In this document: positions 12,701 to 27,700 of the stretch, in pieces
How the letters are laid out: each line of letters starts with the position of its first letter
Numbering within the stretch: position 1 is the stretch's first letter
From: Antedon mediterranea
Taxonomy: Eukaryota; Animalia; Echinodermata
Reading direction: 5' to 3'
Assembly (NCBI RefSeq): GCF_964355755.1
Contig: NC_092678.1
Coordinates: 22,027,365 to 22,091,364, forward strand
DNA: 64,000 bases
Translations under genes and position numbers: made by a program
Notes under the pieces: model-generated
The model's database searches: none
What the model was told of the DNA's origin: nothing
Seen by the model: the letters and a program-made list of their open reading frames with translations, nothing else

Positions 12701-15700
12701 GATTTGTAAATGATTATTGAGGTTATATGCTATGGTATAAGGTTAAAGGTTGTTTATGATTCTTTTCTGTATTTATTTGTAGAATTGAATGAGACGTTTA
12801 ATAAACAGATTCATCTCAAACTTATTCCCGTGGTATATCTACTCATTTGCTAACCTGTGTGTAGTCGTCCGACCTTTTCTGTACAATGACCATAAATATG
12901 ATCGCATCACATTTTTATATCACATGAAGTTTGATAGTGTAGACAGAGCTTATTGATTTATGCAGTATATCAATACCCCTTCCCCATTTACGGTAACATT
13001 GTTTAATTAATGAACTGTAACATGAAGCAGCTCATAACAAATTTGAAGAATGTTAATATCTTGTACAGTACATCCTACTAAAGTTTGAGAGTGGGTTGTG
13101 GCAGTGGATATGCGGAAAATCCGCTGTTTATACTATTTAAAAAAACAGATCATTTTCTTCTTAGTCACACATTAACATCACAAAAATGATATAATTATAA
13201 TGTACAGTACATCACACTTGTCAAAGGGGGGGGGGGGGGAGGGCCGGCGAGGAGAGTAGATTTTAGAAAAACCCTTCGCCACCATATTGCCATAAAACAG
13301 ACATTTATGAGTCATAAAATGAAGACCTCACATCTGAGCTTTTCAAATGCAACAGGACATTCAATTGTAAAATTGAGTAATATTGATTTAACTAATTCAG
13401 AGCAGTTATACTAGTCTTCTCCTTTCAAGTGAAGATAATTGCTTTTGACAAGTTCCTATCATCGATTCTTTTTCAAACGCTAACAACCCTTCGTTGCCTT
13501 TCACAAAATAAGTGTATCGATCTAATGAAATGTACACAGTTGGCCAATCGATGAAATATTTTAATACTTTAATAAAGCAAATAAAATATTAATTGATGAG
13601 TGTATAGTTGTATTTTAATTAATTTATTTCAGCCGTAATGATAGAAGCAGTTTTCTTTTTTCAGGATTCCAAATAAGCTTTCAAGCCTGGCACAGTGGCG
13701 TAACGGATATGAGCGCTCACTGGCTAAGCCTATGGCACCGGAGCTTATGGGGGGCCCTGAGAAGTGCCCAGAGGAAAAAACGGTCTCTTACGCCACTGTC
13801 TTGAAATAGATAAAGGCTTATTGCTTCTGCAATAGGTTTTCACAGGACAATTGTTTATTTCATATTTTCGTTGAAATATGCCTTTAGGCTTACAACGAAA
13901 TTAGAACCAATCGAAAACAAAAACCATGTTATTTATTAGGATATGATGTAATGAATACAACATTATTAAAATATGTCTTGGAACGTCCATTCAGTTATTC
14001 TTTCATATATGAGTGAAATCTGGAATAAATTGTTGAATAATTGAATAATTACGACTAATTTAAAGTTATTTAAATAAAAACGAACGATTCAAGAGTGTAC
14101 ACATTATTCAAACATGAACCTGGCAAAGTGTCCACTGCCCCTGCGATATGACTCAACCGATGAAAACTATGTCTATTGAAGTCGGTTCAATGCACCTTTA
14201 ACTCCCTAATGCAAAGTATACTCTATTTTGATACATTTTAATTTCAAAATGTACATTAGAAGCGTCTGACTGTGTACATGCATGATGTGTGCAGTCAATG
14301 TGTACCGAATGAATCATTCTATAGCGTATATACTATATTGTTCCTACAAAAGTGAAATTCGTGATTCCCGAAGAAGGGTAGACACGCGTAAACTTTACTT
14401 CACTTTGCCCTTAGACGTTTGGGGACTTTTGGGGTACCGGTGGTAGATGATTTAACAACTCTCCTTCGTGTGGCCATGTCCTCCGCCATCCCCAGTGTCT
14501 TACTCACTCTTCCCTGGTCTTATTCACAGTTGTTTTGTTAAAGTAACGGAGAACGGTGCCGTATTCCTTTCCGTAAAAAATAGTGTGAATATAAGCTGAG
14601 CGCCGCAGAAACATCCTGTTTTTTCAGTGTCAAACGTTGAATCTATTCCTATGATGAAAATGTATTAACCTCACTGTTGTCATGAATATGGGACCAGCTC
14701 GATTACCGATTACCTTCCTGAGTGTAATAAAAGACTACCGTAAGGTGACTCTGACCAGCATAGAACTTGTAACATTCATGGCAATGGCTTAATATACAAA
14801 AGGCACCAATTAAGTTATGGAAAATCGGAAAATAATTGACCACGATTTCAAACTACAAGAATGATATATTTAGGCCTATCATTACATTTATTCATTTACA
14901 TTGCAGGTGGCTGGGAGTTGCTAGTGTGGGAGTAAGCAACTCTGTAGATGTAAATTACGATCCTAAAGCGTGTAAAAAAGTTCCAGGATTAGTGAGAGAA
15001 CAGAAATCAGTATGTCAGCGGCAACCGGATACAGTTCGAGTTATCGGCGAAGGAGCTAGAATGGGAATATACGAATGTCAGGAACAGTTCCAACACGAAC
15101 GATGGAATTGTACTGTTTTACCAAATGATGAAAATGTTTTTGGAAAAATGATGCAAATTGGTAAGTTAACGATTGATTCTGGGACAACTTGGCATTATAC
15201 ATACTTATGAGGAAGTTCTAGACGGCGATTTTCATACGTATAATACTTAAAAATGGAAACGCCGACTCAAAACACTAACATCATAACATAACCAGATAAA
15301 AGTATGGGTGTCCCAGTGCGAACGGCATGAGTATCAATAGCCAGTGTTTTAGGGCGATCGAAGAGAGCAAAATGATTTGGCACCATCTCCATTATAATAT
15401 TGCACAATAAATACTATGGAAAAAGAAAGAAGGTAATATTTACAGAAAGTTACAGATACAGATTCTGAATATCCTTGGGGACAAGCGATACATTGTTTTA
15501 CTGTATACTGCAAAACAAAAATAAGATTTTAAATGATAAGGAACATCTTTCAACGAAACATCCGTGACCGAGTTTTTATTTTACAAAATTTATTTTATAA
15601 AATCTTTTTGATATTATTATTATAAGATACAGAACAGAGAGCTTTCACTCCACCTGTGTTTTTACTAATTTTGTCACGCAATTTATTTTAGTCATTATTC

Positions 15701-18700
15701 ATTTGATTTTTCTTTAGAAATAGTTGCATTCGATACAGATCTCAACCCGTTCTGGTTCATAACTTCTCGCGAGATAAAGGGATTTTTTTATCTTTATATG
15801 GAATTGGTTGTAGAGAAAACAAAGAATGGTTGTCAAATTATGTTGAAATCATATAACAAATCGATAGAGTTATTTACTGTTATTTTATGATTAGATTAAA
15901 CTAAAGTATATACCGGTACATTATAACACACTACAACCAATCCCAACTTCTTTCCAAAAAAATTACAAATGGGAGGAGACATAGTAATAATTATGGTAGT
16001 CTAATGCAATGTTTCTAAGCACTTTACACACAAATAATCCATTAAATATCCTAAGATATCCACACCGAAAAAAAGAAGAAGCATATAGGAACTATTTACA
16101 CCTCTCCGTTCTCCAGCACTTTGAAGCTCCCATGAGATATTGCTGGAACAGAATAGACCTCACAGAAAAAAAGACACAAAAGACACTTCAGATAGAAATA
16201 CAATACAACGCTTTCCAAAGTACAGAAATTACATTTCTTGAAAAGCCTCCAGTGTTGATAAAAGATATGTATTTCCTTTACGAGTTCGTTCATCTTGACC
16301 CAATTTACTGCGTGTAAAACCAAACCAGTTTCGTGACAATCCGAACATTTATGGTTATCTCAGTAACTTAGCATAAAGCCACCTAGAAAAGCGTCCCGGA
16401 AAATAGGAAAAAAAATAATACTGTAGGCCTACAGGTTGAACAATACATACTCATCTGTGTTTTCAACATAAAAAATGCGTCTCCAAATCTGCGGCAATAC
16501 GATTAAAGCCGATTCTGCAGACTGTGATGTATACAGCACAATATGTGGAGTCTGTATCAGAGCATGCACAACCCTTAACATAACCTTCTATAATACAGTC
16601 ATCACATGTGATACACATGAGATGCTGTATTACGGAATTTGCCTATGATACTGCTTATAATTGTCAGTACTGAGAATTTGGTTGAGGCTAATAGGCCTAA
16701 TGTGAACTCGAACTAAATCTTGCTGTATGTTGAAATAACTACAAAATAAGTAGGCCTACAATAGGATTACCACCAGTGCTTGTGGTAAGTTAATGTTTTC
16801 CTATACTTACAATGGTAACAAAACCATTATTTATACCATACAAAGAGTTTAGTCCAACAAGATATCGGCACCTTTGTAGTTAACATAACCACACAAACGT
16901 TTCATTGAGTTTCGCCGGATTTATTTATTTCTTTTATGCGTTTATTATGCTGTTATTTTATAAACAAATTAAATAGTTATTTATTTCGATAGATCTATAG
17001 TATTTAACTGAAAGTAAAAGATGAAATCGGTATTACAAAGACTTTTACAAGGTTGTTATGGAACGCCAAGTACCAACCTGGTCGAGTTCGGCCCAATGAA
17101 ATACAAAGAAAATCACTTTACTATGATATTTCGGTCGGGTAGAAAGGGGACGGACTAAAGGCAAAACGATGTCATTAAAAGAAGGTTACACTAACAACAA
17201 TCAAAGTTGTCATTTTACAAGGCCATCACATTTTTCAGTGACTAAAGAAATTTAAGATTCAATAAACGAAAAGTTAACGAATATATAATATAATGAGATG
17301 GATCGTTTAATTAGATAGAAGAGGGATTGATAAATTAATTTTTTTTTAAAGACGAATGGAAAACGTAAATCCAGGATAGATACGAAAGTAAAACCAAATG
17401 GTACATAATAAAAAAATATATATTTATTACGATTCTTTTTATTCATAGGTACAAAAGAAACGGCCTTCGTTTATGCAGTAACGTCAGCGGGCGTGGTGTA
17501 CGCAGTTACGCGCTCTTGCAGCCAAGGCAATCTTTCAGACTGTACGTGTGATTCCTCCAAAATAGGAGCTGTAAACGAAGAAGGTTGGAGATGGGGAGGA
17601 TGCAGCGATGACGTAAATTATGGAGTTAAAATAAGTCGAGACTTCATTGACGTGGCAGACGACTCAAAAAGTGAAGATTCCAGAGAAAGGGCGCGAAGTT
17701 TAATGAATTTACACAATAATGAAGTCGGGAGACAGGTAAAGAATTATTTTAAATTATAAATTCAAAATATCAAGTACGATCTAAAAAAAATGGGATCGAT
17801 TAGTTTACCACGGTTGTTTTGTTTAATGCTTTCCATCGATTAAAATTGTTCTCTGTGGCTATAGGCCTAGTCGTTCACGTATCATACTATAATTTAAACG
17901 AGCCTAAACATGTACCTACGGAAGACTAAACTACCACGGAGGTATAACTGATCCGTATCCATACCTTTCCAAAAGCATAAGAAACAAGTTTTCACGATCG
18001 CACCTGCTAAATTAGGGTGATCGTTCTTTCCTAAACGAATGTAACAGTCACGTACAAAAACATGCCGATACGCAAGCCACCTAGGGCTTGAGAAGAGCCA
18101 CCCCGGGGCTTCAAGGGAGCCTAAGCTCGGTAACACCAGTGAACCAGAACAGAAAAACATTGAGAAGACCATAAATTCTTCCGAAGTGCAATTTGAATGG
18201 AACCGTAGTTCATGTTATCGTTTCGTGTCTGAACTATGCTAACATGAGTACATTTGATAACTTAGCACAATAGAGTCGTAATATCAGATGGCGAACCAAT
18301 CCGTCGTTCCCATCAACTTAGACTCCACCAAGAAATTCCTACTAAATGTATAGGCTATGCATGTCATACTTTCAAGATAAGACTTACAAACCTACAGTGG
18401 CGGAGTCCACCTAAACCTAACAAGCAAAAGAAGTCACAACTTGAAATTTTTAGAAGTATTTGTTTGGACTATGATTAACTTTTAATTCATAAATAACCGG
18501 ATATTTTGAAGGGTACCAGTATAGGATCAGGGAGTTGTTATTAATAGGATCTTGTCAATTTGAGAAATGTTATGAAGATGACTGATTCAGAGGAACATCT
18601 CTCTGTCTAAAGCTCTGTCTACACTATCAAACTTTATGTGTGTGATGTGCCCATATATCAATATGATTAATGTCATATCACTACCATATTTAAGCATATC

Positions 18701-21700
18701 AATACCATATTTGGGCACATCAAACCTTTTTTATCAAACTAGTTTGATAGATAGACAGAGCTTAGAATTAGTAGGCCTACGGTGATATTACGGCCATCAA
18801 GTTATAATCCATTTCCATGGTCTTTAAAGGAAAGGAACACCCTGGGCTAAATGTGCCACTGTGCTTATAGATAAATGTAATAAAAACATGATTACAATGG
18901 TTCAAGGTACAATAGTAAGCAATTTAGTTAAAAAATAGACTTTTAAACGACAACATATCGGAAATTGAACAGCGCCATTTTGACAGGTTAAGAGCAATTA
19001 TGTGACGTCAGATTAGGTGGACGCATTCAAGCAAATCCAAGCGCCCATCGTCATAGTACAGTATTTCAATATGGAAGTGCGGGATAACCATAAATAAAAT
19101 CAATTAAATAGCCTAACATACCTAATATTTTCGGAATATGGCTTGGAGTTTTTATAATTCAGAAAATTTGGAACCAGAATATACAGAAAGAGAGTTAGTT
19201 TTGCGTCGTGCTGATGAGGAAAAAAGGAGAGAAGAAGAACATTCTCGAGCATAACAAGCCGTCGAAGAATGGTGTACTTTCGGCCAGTGTATCTGTACTG
19301 TATGCCTTACTAGGCCTAGAACTCGTGTTGAACGAAAATAAAGTAGACACTGCATCGTCAACCAACAGCCTCCGTTTGGAAGGTTTGCCAGTTAATTCCC
19401 CTACCAAATCCCGTTTGAAACAGCTAGGCAATAAAAGTAACAATAGATTAACAATAGCTGAAAGATTTACGAATTGGCTTGCAGAAGAAAAGATCGATCG
19501 AAGGTTTGTTTACCAAGCCAACGCATGCTCATACCGTGTCATCGCCGTCCTGCATGACCGCATGTCGCGTTATTAGCCAATCATATTAGCGGATTCGCTT
19601 AGCCAATAGAAGCGCTGAATGCAACCGCGAATCTTAAAAATTTTCGTCGGCCGTATCTGACGTCACAAACAGGCTGCCATGAGCACAAGATGGCGATTTT
19701 CAAATGTCTTGAAAACAGCTTTAAAATCCTATTTACTAGAAAACTACAAATCCGATTTAAACATAAATTGTGCTGAATATTAAGTTGGTAGGTTTACTTT
19801 TATAATAGTTAGGTAAGATACTAGGGTGTTCCTTTCCTTTAACCAAATGTTTTCATGGGCGTAGATTCGAGCTACGGGGAATGTTTACTCACTTGTAACA
19901 ATTATGGTAAATTGTCATCAGTGCTATAGGCTATGATAATCCAATAGTACATCTCTAATGAATACAATAAAGACGCGTACATATACCTCAAGGTTTCAGT
20001 ACTATTCAAATATTGCAAATTTCATCTACAATAAAACACGAACCTAAAATCATCTGAACTTTGCAATAGCTATAATTATAACTTTTAAATGTCTATATTA
20101 TTGTAACTACTGTTTAAATTAAAATGACTATTCTTGCCTATCCTACATCGAATTAAAATACTACGAAGATTATATATCTATGAATAATTAAAAATTATAA
20201 ATTACTCCGAAACACCTGTGTGGACTTATGTTTAATTACAAAGCCTTGTCCACACCGAATTTCTGATTTTGGTATTTGATGGTGGACTGGATAGGCCTAC
20301 AATCGAAAAACTTTAATTTAATTCATTTGTATTTTCGTCACTAATTCTTAATACTGTTCCATGCGGGAATTAATTAATTAATATACGGATTTGACTAAAC
20401 CTTGGGTTACGTAACTTTATCATTTTTAAGTTATTGAACATCTGGTTGTTTGCGGTCCGCTTTTATCCAAAGTATATTTCTACAAACGCAGGTATTCAAT
20501 GTAATAAATGCTTCATCGTAAAATTGATTTACAAAAAAAGTCCCGACCTTCGTTATATATTAACTACTTTGATGTGTCCACTTCGTAACTGTAACGTCTG
20601 AAAAAATCTAGAACTTTTACATAAAAGTTTATTTATGTTTATCGCTACTTTTGTCATCAGCCTTATTACCACTCAATTAAAATCAAATAAAATATAGTTC
20701 CACATATCTGAACTAATACCGTATACACCTACTCTGGTGTATTCATGTTGGTGTAGATTTGGTATAACTTGTGACAGACTTGATTAGACGGTTTTCCAAT
20801 TCTATCGAATTATAGGCATAAATAGAAAATATGAATGATATGAAACATTTTAAAGTAATATTTCCATTGTTTCTGTTAAATTAATGACTACACAGGAGTT
20901 AATTAGGGTATATTATAGATCAAGTGTCTTTTATTAATTCAGCCCGTCTCGTCTACTTTGACGGACACACGGATTTCCTCCTCCCGAGATGATTAGACCA
21001 AATTACTGATTTATCGATCGAGAATTGAATAAGTGACAACATCAACACCATGTACCATTGGATAATATAAATCCGACAGACTCATAATAAGTATTTGTAT
21101 GTTGAGTCCTGCAGCTTATGAAGGCAAGGGATCTATTTTAGTTTGGGGTCTAATAACATGCAGTATCATCGTATCTTTAGGCTCTCATGGGCGGGTTCAT
21201 CTTACAGCTAAAACAACTTAACTGAAGGCATACTCTATACTACACATAGGTTTTGACCAACTCCACTATTGAAATAATGCTATAGGCCTTACATAGCAAC
21301 AAACAAACATACATTTTTGGGGAAAACGTTATGGTTTAAAAAAAACCTATTGCCTGTCTAGGCCTACAGCGAAGTTTAAACATTAAGCACAGCAATCCAG
21401 AATAGCTGAAACCATTAGAGAATTATCCCTCTGATGAACCAAAATATCCAAAAACTTCATATCGATTTATTGTAGTAGTAATAGGACGGAACAATACACA
21501 AATATAGTAGTAAATTGTATAGTAAGTCTACAAAAAAACCTCAAGGAATTTCACATTTCATTAGACGACTCGGTATGAAGATCTGGAAAACCCGCGTCAC
21601 CTGATAAAATATTAGAGATAATATCTATACTATATTCCTAATCGCGTTTTGATAATAATCTATAGTTAACGTTGTGTATCTTATCTCGTTTTCTAATCGT

Positions 21701-24700
21701 AACTTAAGACCCATTAGTGGATAAAATAACTTGAAATATTTGTAATTCCAACTCGAGAATTCTATCACGCAAATTGACTACAGTCTATTAGTATTGAATA
21801 ATATTTGTGTGAAACGGTTAAAAGGTCAATGATTTATTACAAAATATAAAAAATACATTCATTATTAATATTAGGCCTATTATATTAAGAAAAACAGGAC
21901 AAATATACATTAGGCCTACAAGATAATTTATACTTAAACTAAACTAGGCCTAGCTTCAACAAGTCAAGTTGGCTAGGCCCCCTAGTTAGGCTAGACCTCT
22001 ACTACTACTAGCCTAGGCTACTACCGGTACTACTTTACTAGCTAGGCTACTACTACCCTATAGGGCTAGTAGTAGTAGGCCTAGCTAGTAGGCCTCTAGT
22101 GGTAGGCTAGTATAGTAGGCTATTTTATTTGACAGTCACACACAACGACAACGTTCTCAGCAGCTCGACTTGACGGACGCCGACTATGGCTATCTACTAC
22201 TAGCCCTAGCTAGGCCTACTAGGCTAGTTTGGGCCTTGCTTGCCCTGCTCTTCTCTTGGTAGGCTAGCCTATACGCCACATGCCCAGTATGTCCTACAGG
22301 TAGGCTTTCTACCTAGCCTAGAACCACTAGTAGGGCTATAGCTAGGCCTATGCTAGCCTAGCCCTAGCCTAGTAGGTAGGCTAGGCCTAGTATAGTAGAA
22401 GGCCTAGGCCTAGGCCTACTCTGGGCCTGACTCATTTTTAATACAAATTAACTTAATATAATCTGCGCTATGAGGCCTAGGCTAATATAAAGTAACATCT
22501 TTAAAAGTTACTTACTTTGAAGCATCCAAAATCTTTCGAATCCACACAATTTGCAAACTTTGTTTCGACAAAAATGTGACATCGTAAAAAGTATGGCGGC
22601 TGAAAACTTTTGAAGCAGGCGGGAAGAGTCATGTGATCTACATTATCCAATAAGAATCATGAAACCGTTCAGTTAAACTTCTTAAATTGACCCAATTTTG
22701 TTGGTTTATCCATCCGTTTTTCGGCAACTCATGTTTTGGTTACAATTGACCAAAAACTTGGTTCTCGTGACCCAGAACTGGGTCACAACATTTTGACCCA
22801 AGCGTTTAGTTACGGTACGGTATTTAGAGTGTATCATCTATAGTTAGACATAATATATTGTTGCGTTTATACTAAACGTACGTCAAAAAGTGATATTTAA
22901 TTTGTTTTTAATCAAAAGTTGCAGTAGGCTTAATTTTCGAGAGATTTTGGGCAGAGACTTTTGTTGGTGTCGTTAGCATAGGCTAATCGAACAGTTGCAA
23001 TATAAACTCTCTTTCGATTGTTCTTTTCAGATTCGTTTAAACCATTAATTTAGCAAACGACAATCGCCTTATTTAGTAGGCCTAGGCCGGCCCCATAGGC
23101 CTAGAAAAAAATGATCGTAGAATTAGTTTCCTTAGTAATCCATACGTTTAACCTCTCCCTGGGACGCTTCCCTTTCATGTAAAACGATACTTGCTGATGC
23201 TAACAACTAATTTCACAGATAAATTTTAAAAATGATTTTATGGACAGAATCGGTTGGTGGTAGATGCTTATTGACACTGTATCATAGATAGCCTTCACCT
23301 AATAGGAAAGTACAAGATATAAGTCGGTATACTAAAAAGGAGGATTCTTCCCTTGGTGGTAATTATCATGCTAAACACCGAAGGAGGCGTTGTCAGTCTA
23401 AATAAAAATACGACAAACATCAACATGCCGTGTTCTTAAGATCGAAGATCAGGGTAAATTATGATAGTGGAGTCTGTTAGGGCTGAAATAAGGGTGTTTG
23501 GTTCAGTTTCTTCCAAAAGCATCAAATTTGGTATACAGGTTGCCCACCCTATACAAATTCAATTTTTGATGGGCGCCAAGCAAAATGACCCCTTGGGTCA
23601 CCTAATTTGCATAATTTAAAATGGCGGACATTTTCGCTTAAACAGTCTATATCTCTAAAAATACTGGTCATAGAGAGTTGATTTTTAGCCCAAAATGTTC
23701 AGAACATAAACATTCCTATTTACTCTAATGAAGTTTTTTTGAAAAAAATGACCGGAAGTACCAGTTTTAACCTTTGACCCATATTTTATAGCATTGCCAT
23801 ATCTCAGTAAATAGTTGTCACAGACAGTTTATTTAAGTGTCAAATTGTTCAGAATATATATGTTACTATTTAATTTAATGAAACATTTTATCCAAAAATG
23901 ACCGGAAGTACTCAGTTTTGCCTTTGACCGTTACGATGTAATTACCAGCCTTGTTACGGTTAATATATTTTGATATCCATAAAACTACTTGTCATAGAGA
24001 GTTAATGTTGGTGTCAAAATGTTCAGAACATAAACATTTCTATTTACTATAATAAAGTTTTTTCTCAAATAATGACCAGAAATACCATATTTGACCTTTG
24101 ACCTGTTTTTTCAGGCAAATTGCCATATCTCATTATTGGGTTGGAGTGGAAAGTTCATTTTGGTGTCAGATTGTTCTGAATATATATGTTTCTATTCTGC
24201 TTAATAGAAGACTTTTCAAAAAAATGTCAGGAAGTATAGTTATTGACTTGTTAAATACATAACATTTATAAATGATGAGAGGAAGACGAATAGGCTGGCT
24301 CTGTCTACACAAACTTTATGTGACAAAAAATGTGATGTGCCCATATGGACATGATGATATCATATCACTACCATATTTGGGTATATCACTACCATATTTG
24401 GGTGCATCAAACATTTTTTGTCAAACTAGTTTGATAGTGTGTAGACAGAGCTTTAGCCAACAGGTATAACGTAGAACAAAAGATTCGAACTTTTTTTCCC
24501 ATTGTCAATCTCAGCATAGGGCGCATGTATACAGCACGCAGTTACACGCATATTCAACACGCCTGCGAGAAGTATGTGTGCTAATAGCTCCGCAGAGTCC
24601 AGTATTTTAAATGATTTTTATTAAAGGTTTTCAAGCATTTTGATTACATTTAATGGATCATTTTGACACATGTCACAATCAGTATTACAACCAATTTATT

Positions 24701-27700
24701 TGATACGGTAGTCAATATAGGTCATTAACCAGTCTTCTTTCTGAGTTATTAAAATAGTACTATGCACTTTTGAAGTTCCATTGAGGTTGAAGAACTTGTT
24801 ATAATTATTATCTTTATACAATTTTGAGGATTTAAATCTTCAATAAAATCCTCAGTAGACCATGATATATCTATTCTTCGTTGCGTTTTATTACATAAAA
24901 CCGCCGGTTGTGAAGAATATTGATAGATGTGGGGAAACTGACAAACAAACGAATAAAAGCCAAAAAGGAAATACTGTTCGCAATTATACAGACGAATTCC
25001 AAAGTTGTATAATAATATATTTGATTTATTTCCGTAAAATAAACGTAAATAATGTGGGAAAACTAGAATTAAAAACAACATTTTGTGAATATAAATTGTT
25101 GCTATTACACGCAAACTAAATGGAGTGTGACCGGAATTTGTATAGGCCTACTTAGAAGATTTTTAACACACATAAATCGACTGCTTTTGTTTCGGTAATA
25201 TTATAATAATAAGCTACTATAGTTAATTGAAAATAGGTTTTAGTAATCTTCAGTTCTTTAGTTACGATTGGCCTTCATAAAGGCATGTAACTTATTTGTT
25301 TAATTGGTGTATTTGCTAATAATATTTTATAGTGTTGTTGTAAAATGTTAACTACGGTATACGAGGAAGAACAGTGGACACATAAAAGAACCACACACAT
25401 TGAGATTTTGTGTGGACGGTTTGTGATGATCTGGCCAGGGAGTTGTAAAATATGAACTCCCTGATCTGGCCTTCCTGGCCTACGAAATTCTCATTAAAGG
25501 TTGGTTCCCACTAGAGACGCAACACAAGGACGTAACGCAACATAAGTTAGTTGACCAATGACAAGCGATGGATTATTCAAACTGACGCTTGTCATTGGTC
25601 AACACGCTTGCGTTGCGTTTACGTCCTTGCGTTACGTCCTAGTGGGAACCAAGCTTAAAACTAATAACTGTGTTTTCCCCCGCCTGCGTGAAATCAAACC
25701 TACGATGTTTTTTTAAAATAAATTTAAAATGTTTTTCTTTTATTTTGAAAGAGATATTTAGAGAGTCAAGTTAATTTAGGATAGGCAGAGGCTGGTCCTG
25801 AACACTTAAATTATTTCCATATTTCGACGTCCAATTTCCGGGCACCTAGCAACTCTATTTTTCAAAATTATTAGCTCCACCCAACCATAGTGGGCTTGTA
25901 ATGTAGATTTTTAATTTCTTTTCATATATCAATGTATACGTGCAATTAGTTTCTTTTAACTAAATCTTATCACCTTTGTTAATGGTAATTGATTATGCTT
26001 ATGCTGTTTTTGTTGGCAATAAAGTAAAGTATAATTCCCGGGGACCTAGCAGCTCTATTTTTCAATTTCTCAACTCAGTCTGTGGCTGAAATACTTATTG
26101 CCTGGATCCTCTTTCTTTTAAAGATTCTGGATCCGCCCATGTTGATTCTTGTGTTTTGGCTCCTACGATTTGAACTTTAAACTTAATTCAATATAATAAA
26201 TGCGCACGGACATGACGATATGTGTTTAATGATAAATATTATTTTATTACGGTGTCCTCCACTGTAAAATACAGGGTTAAAACCCTATAAATATAAACAC
26301 TACACTACTTGGATAACACTATTTGTATCCATCATTAATATTTCCGTTGAGATACGTCGATACTCTCATCAACGAATATTATCAGCATCATGTGTTCGGA
26401 TAAATGAACATTGAGCTCATTAAGAAACACATTAAAATGATTAATGACGACTAAGAATGATTAATTAATAAATGTTTATTTCGCAAAATAAATGTTGTCA
26501 TTTTCAGCGCGTCAATAACACTACAAATAGACACAGATAGTTAGCAAGGCAAGCGTTTAAAATGTTAACTTTGACTGATGGTCAGATGTGATCATGAAAT
26601 AGATAGACACGCATTATCTCAAATGTTAATGTGATCATGAAATAGATAGACACGCATTATCTCAAATGTTAATAATGTGATCATGAAATAGATAGACACG
26701 CATTATCTCAAATGTTAATGTGATCATGAAATAGATAGACACGCATTATCTCAAATGTTAATTAAACATATTCATTAAAATGTAGAATGCCTAAGCCAAC
26801 ATTTTAATTGGAATAAATGTATAAATAAAGAGCATTGTATTAATTGCCTAATAAATAATTAAATTGTGCTAAACCACTACCTTGAAATTCTCCAACCTTC
26901 AGTTTAAAACGATCGTTGTCTTTTGTGTAAGATACGATTTTGGTTTACTTTAACCTTTGACATTACAAAGCTAAGCCGCACAAGTACATAAACAAACCTA
27001 TTTTAACAGGATTTGTGAACGATTTAAGTATGTGTATTAACATGCCAAAAAAAGTCCTTAAATAGTCATATAAATAGATCACATGACCTCAGTACCTACA
27101 TCATTGATGATATTGATGTCTGAGGCTTAGTTATTTTCCCGGGTTATCGCTAACTTTGGTGGTGGGTAGAAACAAACTTACCTGGCTAAGATTATCATAT
27201 TAATTCAATTTGTTAATCAATTCTGTTGTTTTTTTATTTTTGTAGGCAGTCGAAAAACAAATGAAAGTTTCATGTCGTTGTCATGGAGTCTCAGGATCAT
27301 GCGCAATGAAAACATGTTGGAATAGTATGCCACATTTTCGAAAAGTTGGAGAATACTTGAAAAAACTGCACAAAAACGCCGTCGAGATTTTACCGCGCGG
27401 TAAGAAGCGACTTCGCCGAAAAGATACGGAAAAACGAAAAGTTCCGATTAAGTTCAACGAAATGGTCCACATTGCCGAGTCGCCGAACTACTGTTCGAGT
27501 GATCCGATACAAGGAATTAAAGGTACAACTGGCCGAGAGTGTAATAAAACATCCAATGGGGCTGATGGCTGCAACCTGCTTTGTTGTGGGAGAGGATACA
27601 ACACACAAGAAGTCCGAATTGTTGAACGATGCGACTGTGTCTTTATTTGGTGTTGTGAAGTGAAATGCAAATCGTGCGAAACAGTTAAAGACGTTCACAC

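Larger units (their letters stand above)
5215..12885 (+). mobile_element. Full-length BEL/Pao LTR retrotransposon in Wnt16 intron 1 (sense orientation)
   Basis: Direct repeats 5215-6328 and 11772-12885 with TG...CA ends. TSD ATGAC at 5210-5214 and 12886-12890. Polypurine tract GGGGGGAG at 11764-11771. One intact gag-pol ORF. Confidence 0.98.

Noticed and set aside
5023-13239. Poly-G runs at ~5023-5037 and ~13226-13239 bracketing the retrotransposon
   Set aside because: They lie outside the TSD-defined element and are simple homopolymers. Nothing links them to the insertion.
19208-19576. 122-aa ORF as a gene
   Set aside because: It lies within a non-autonomous Kolobok element, starts at GTG and has no recognisable domain.
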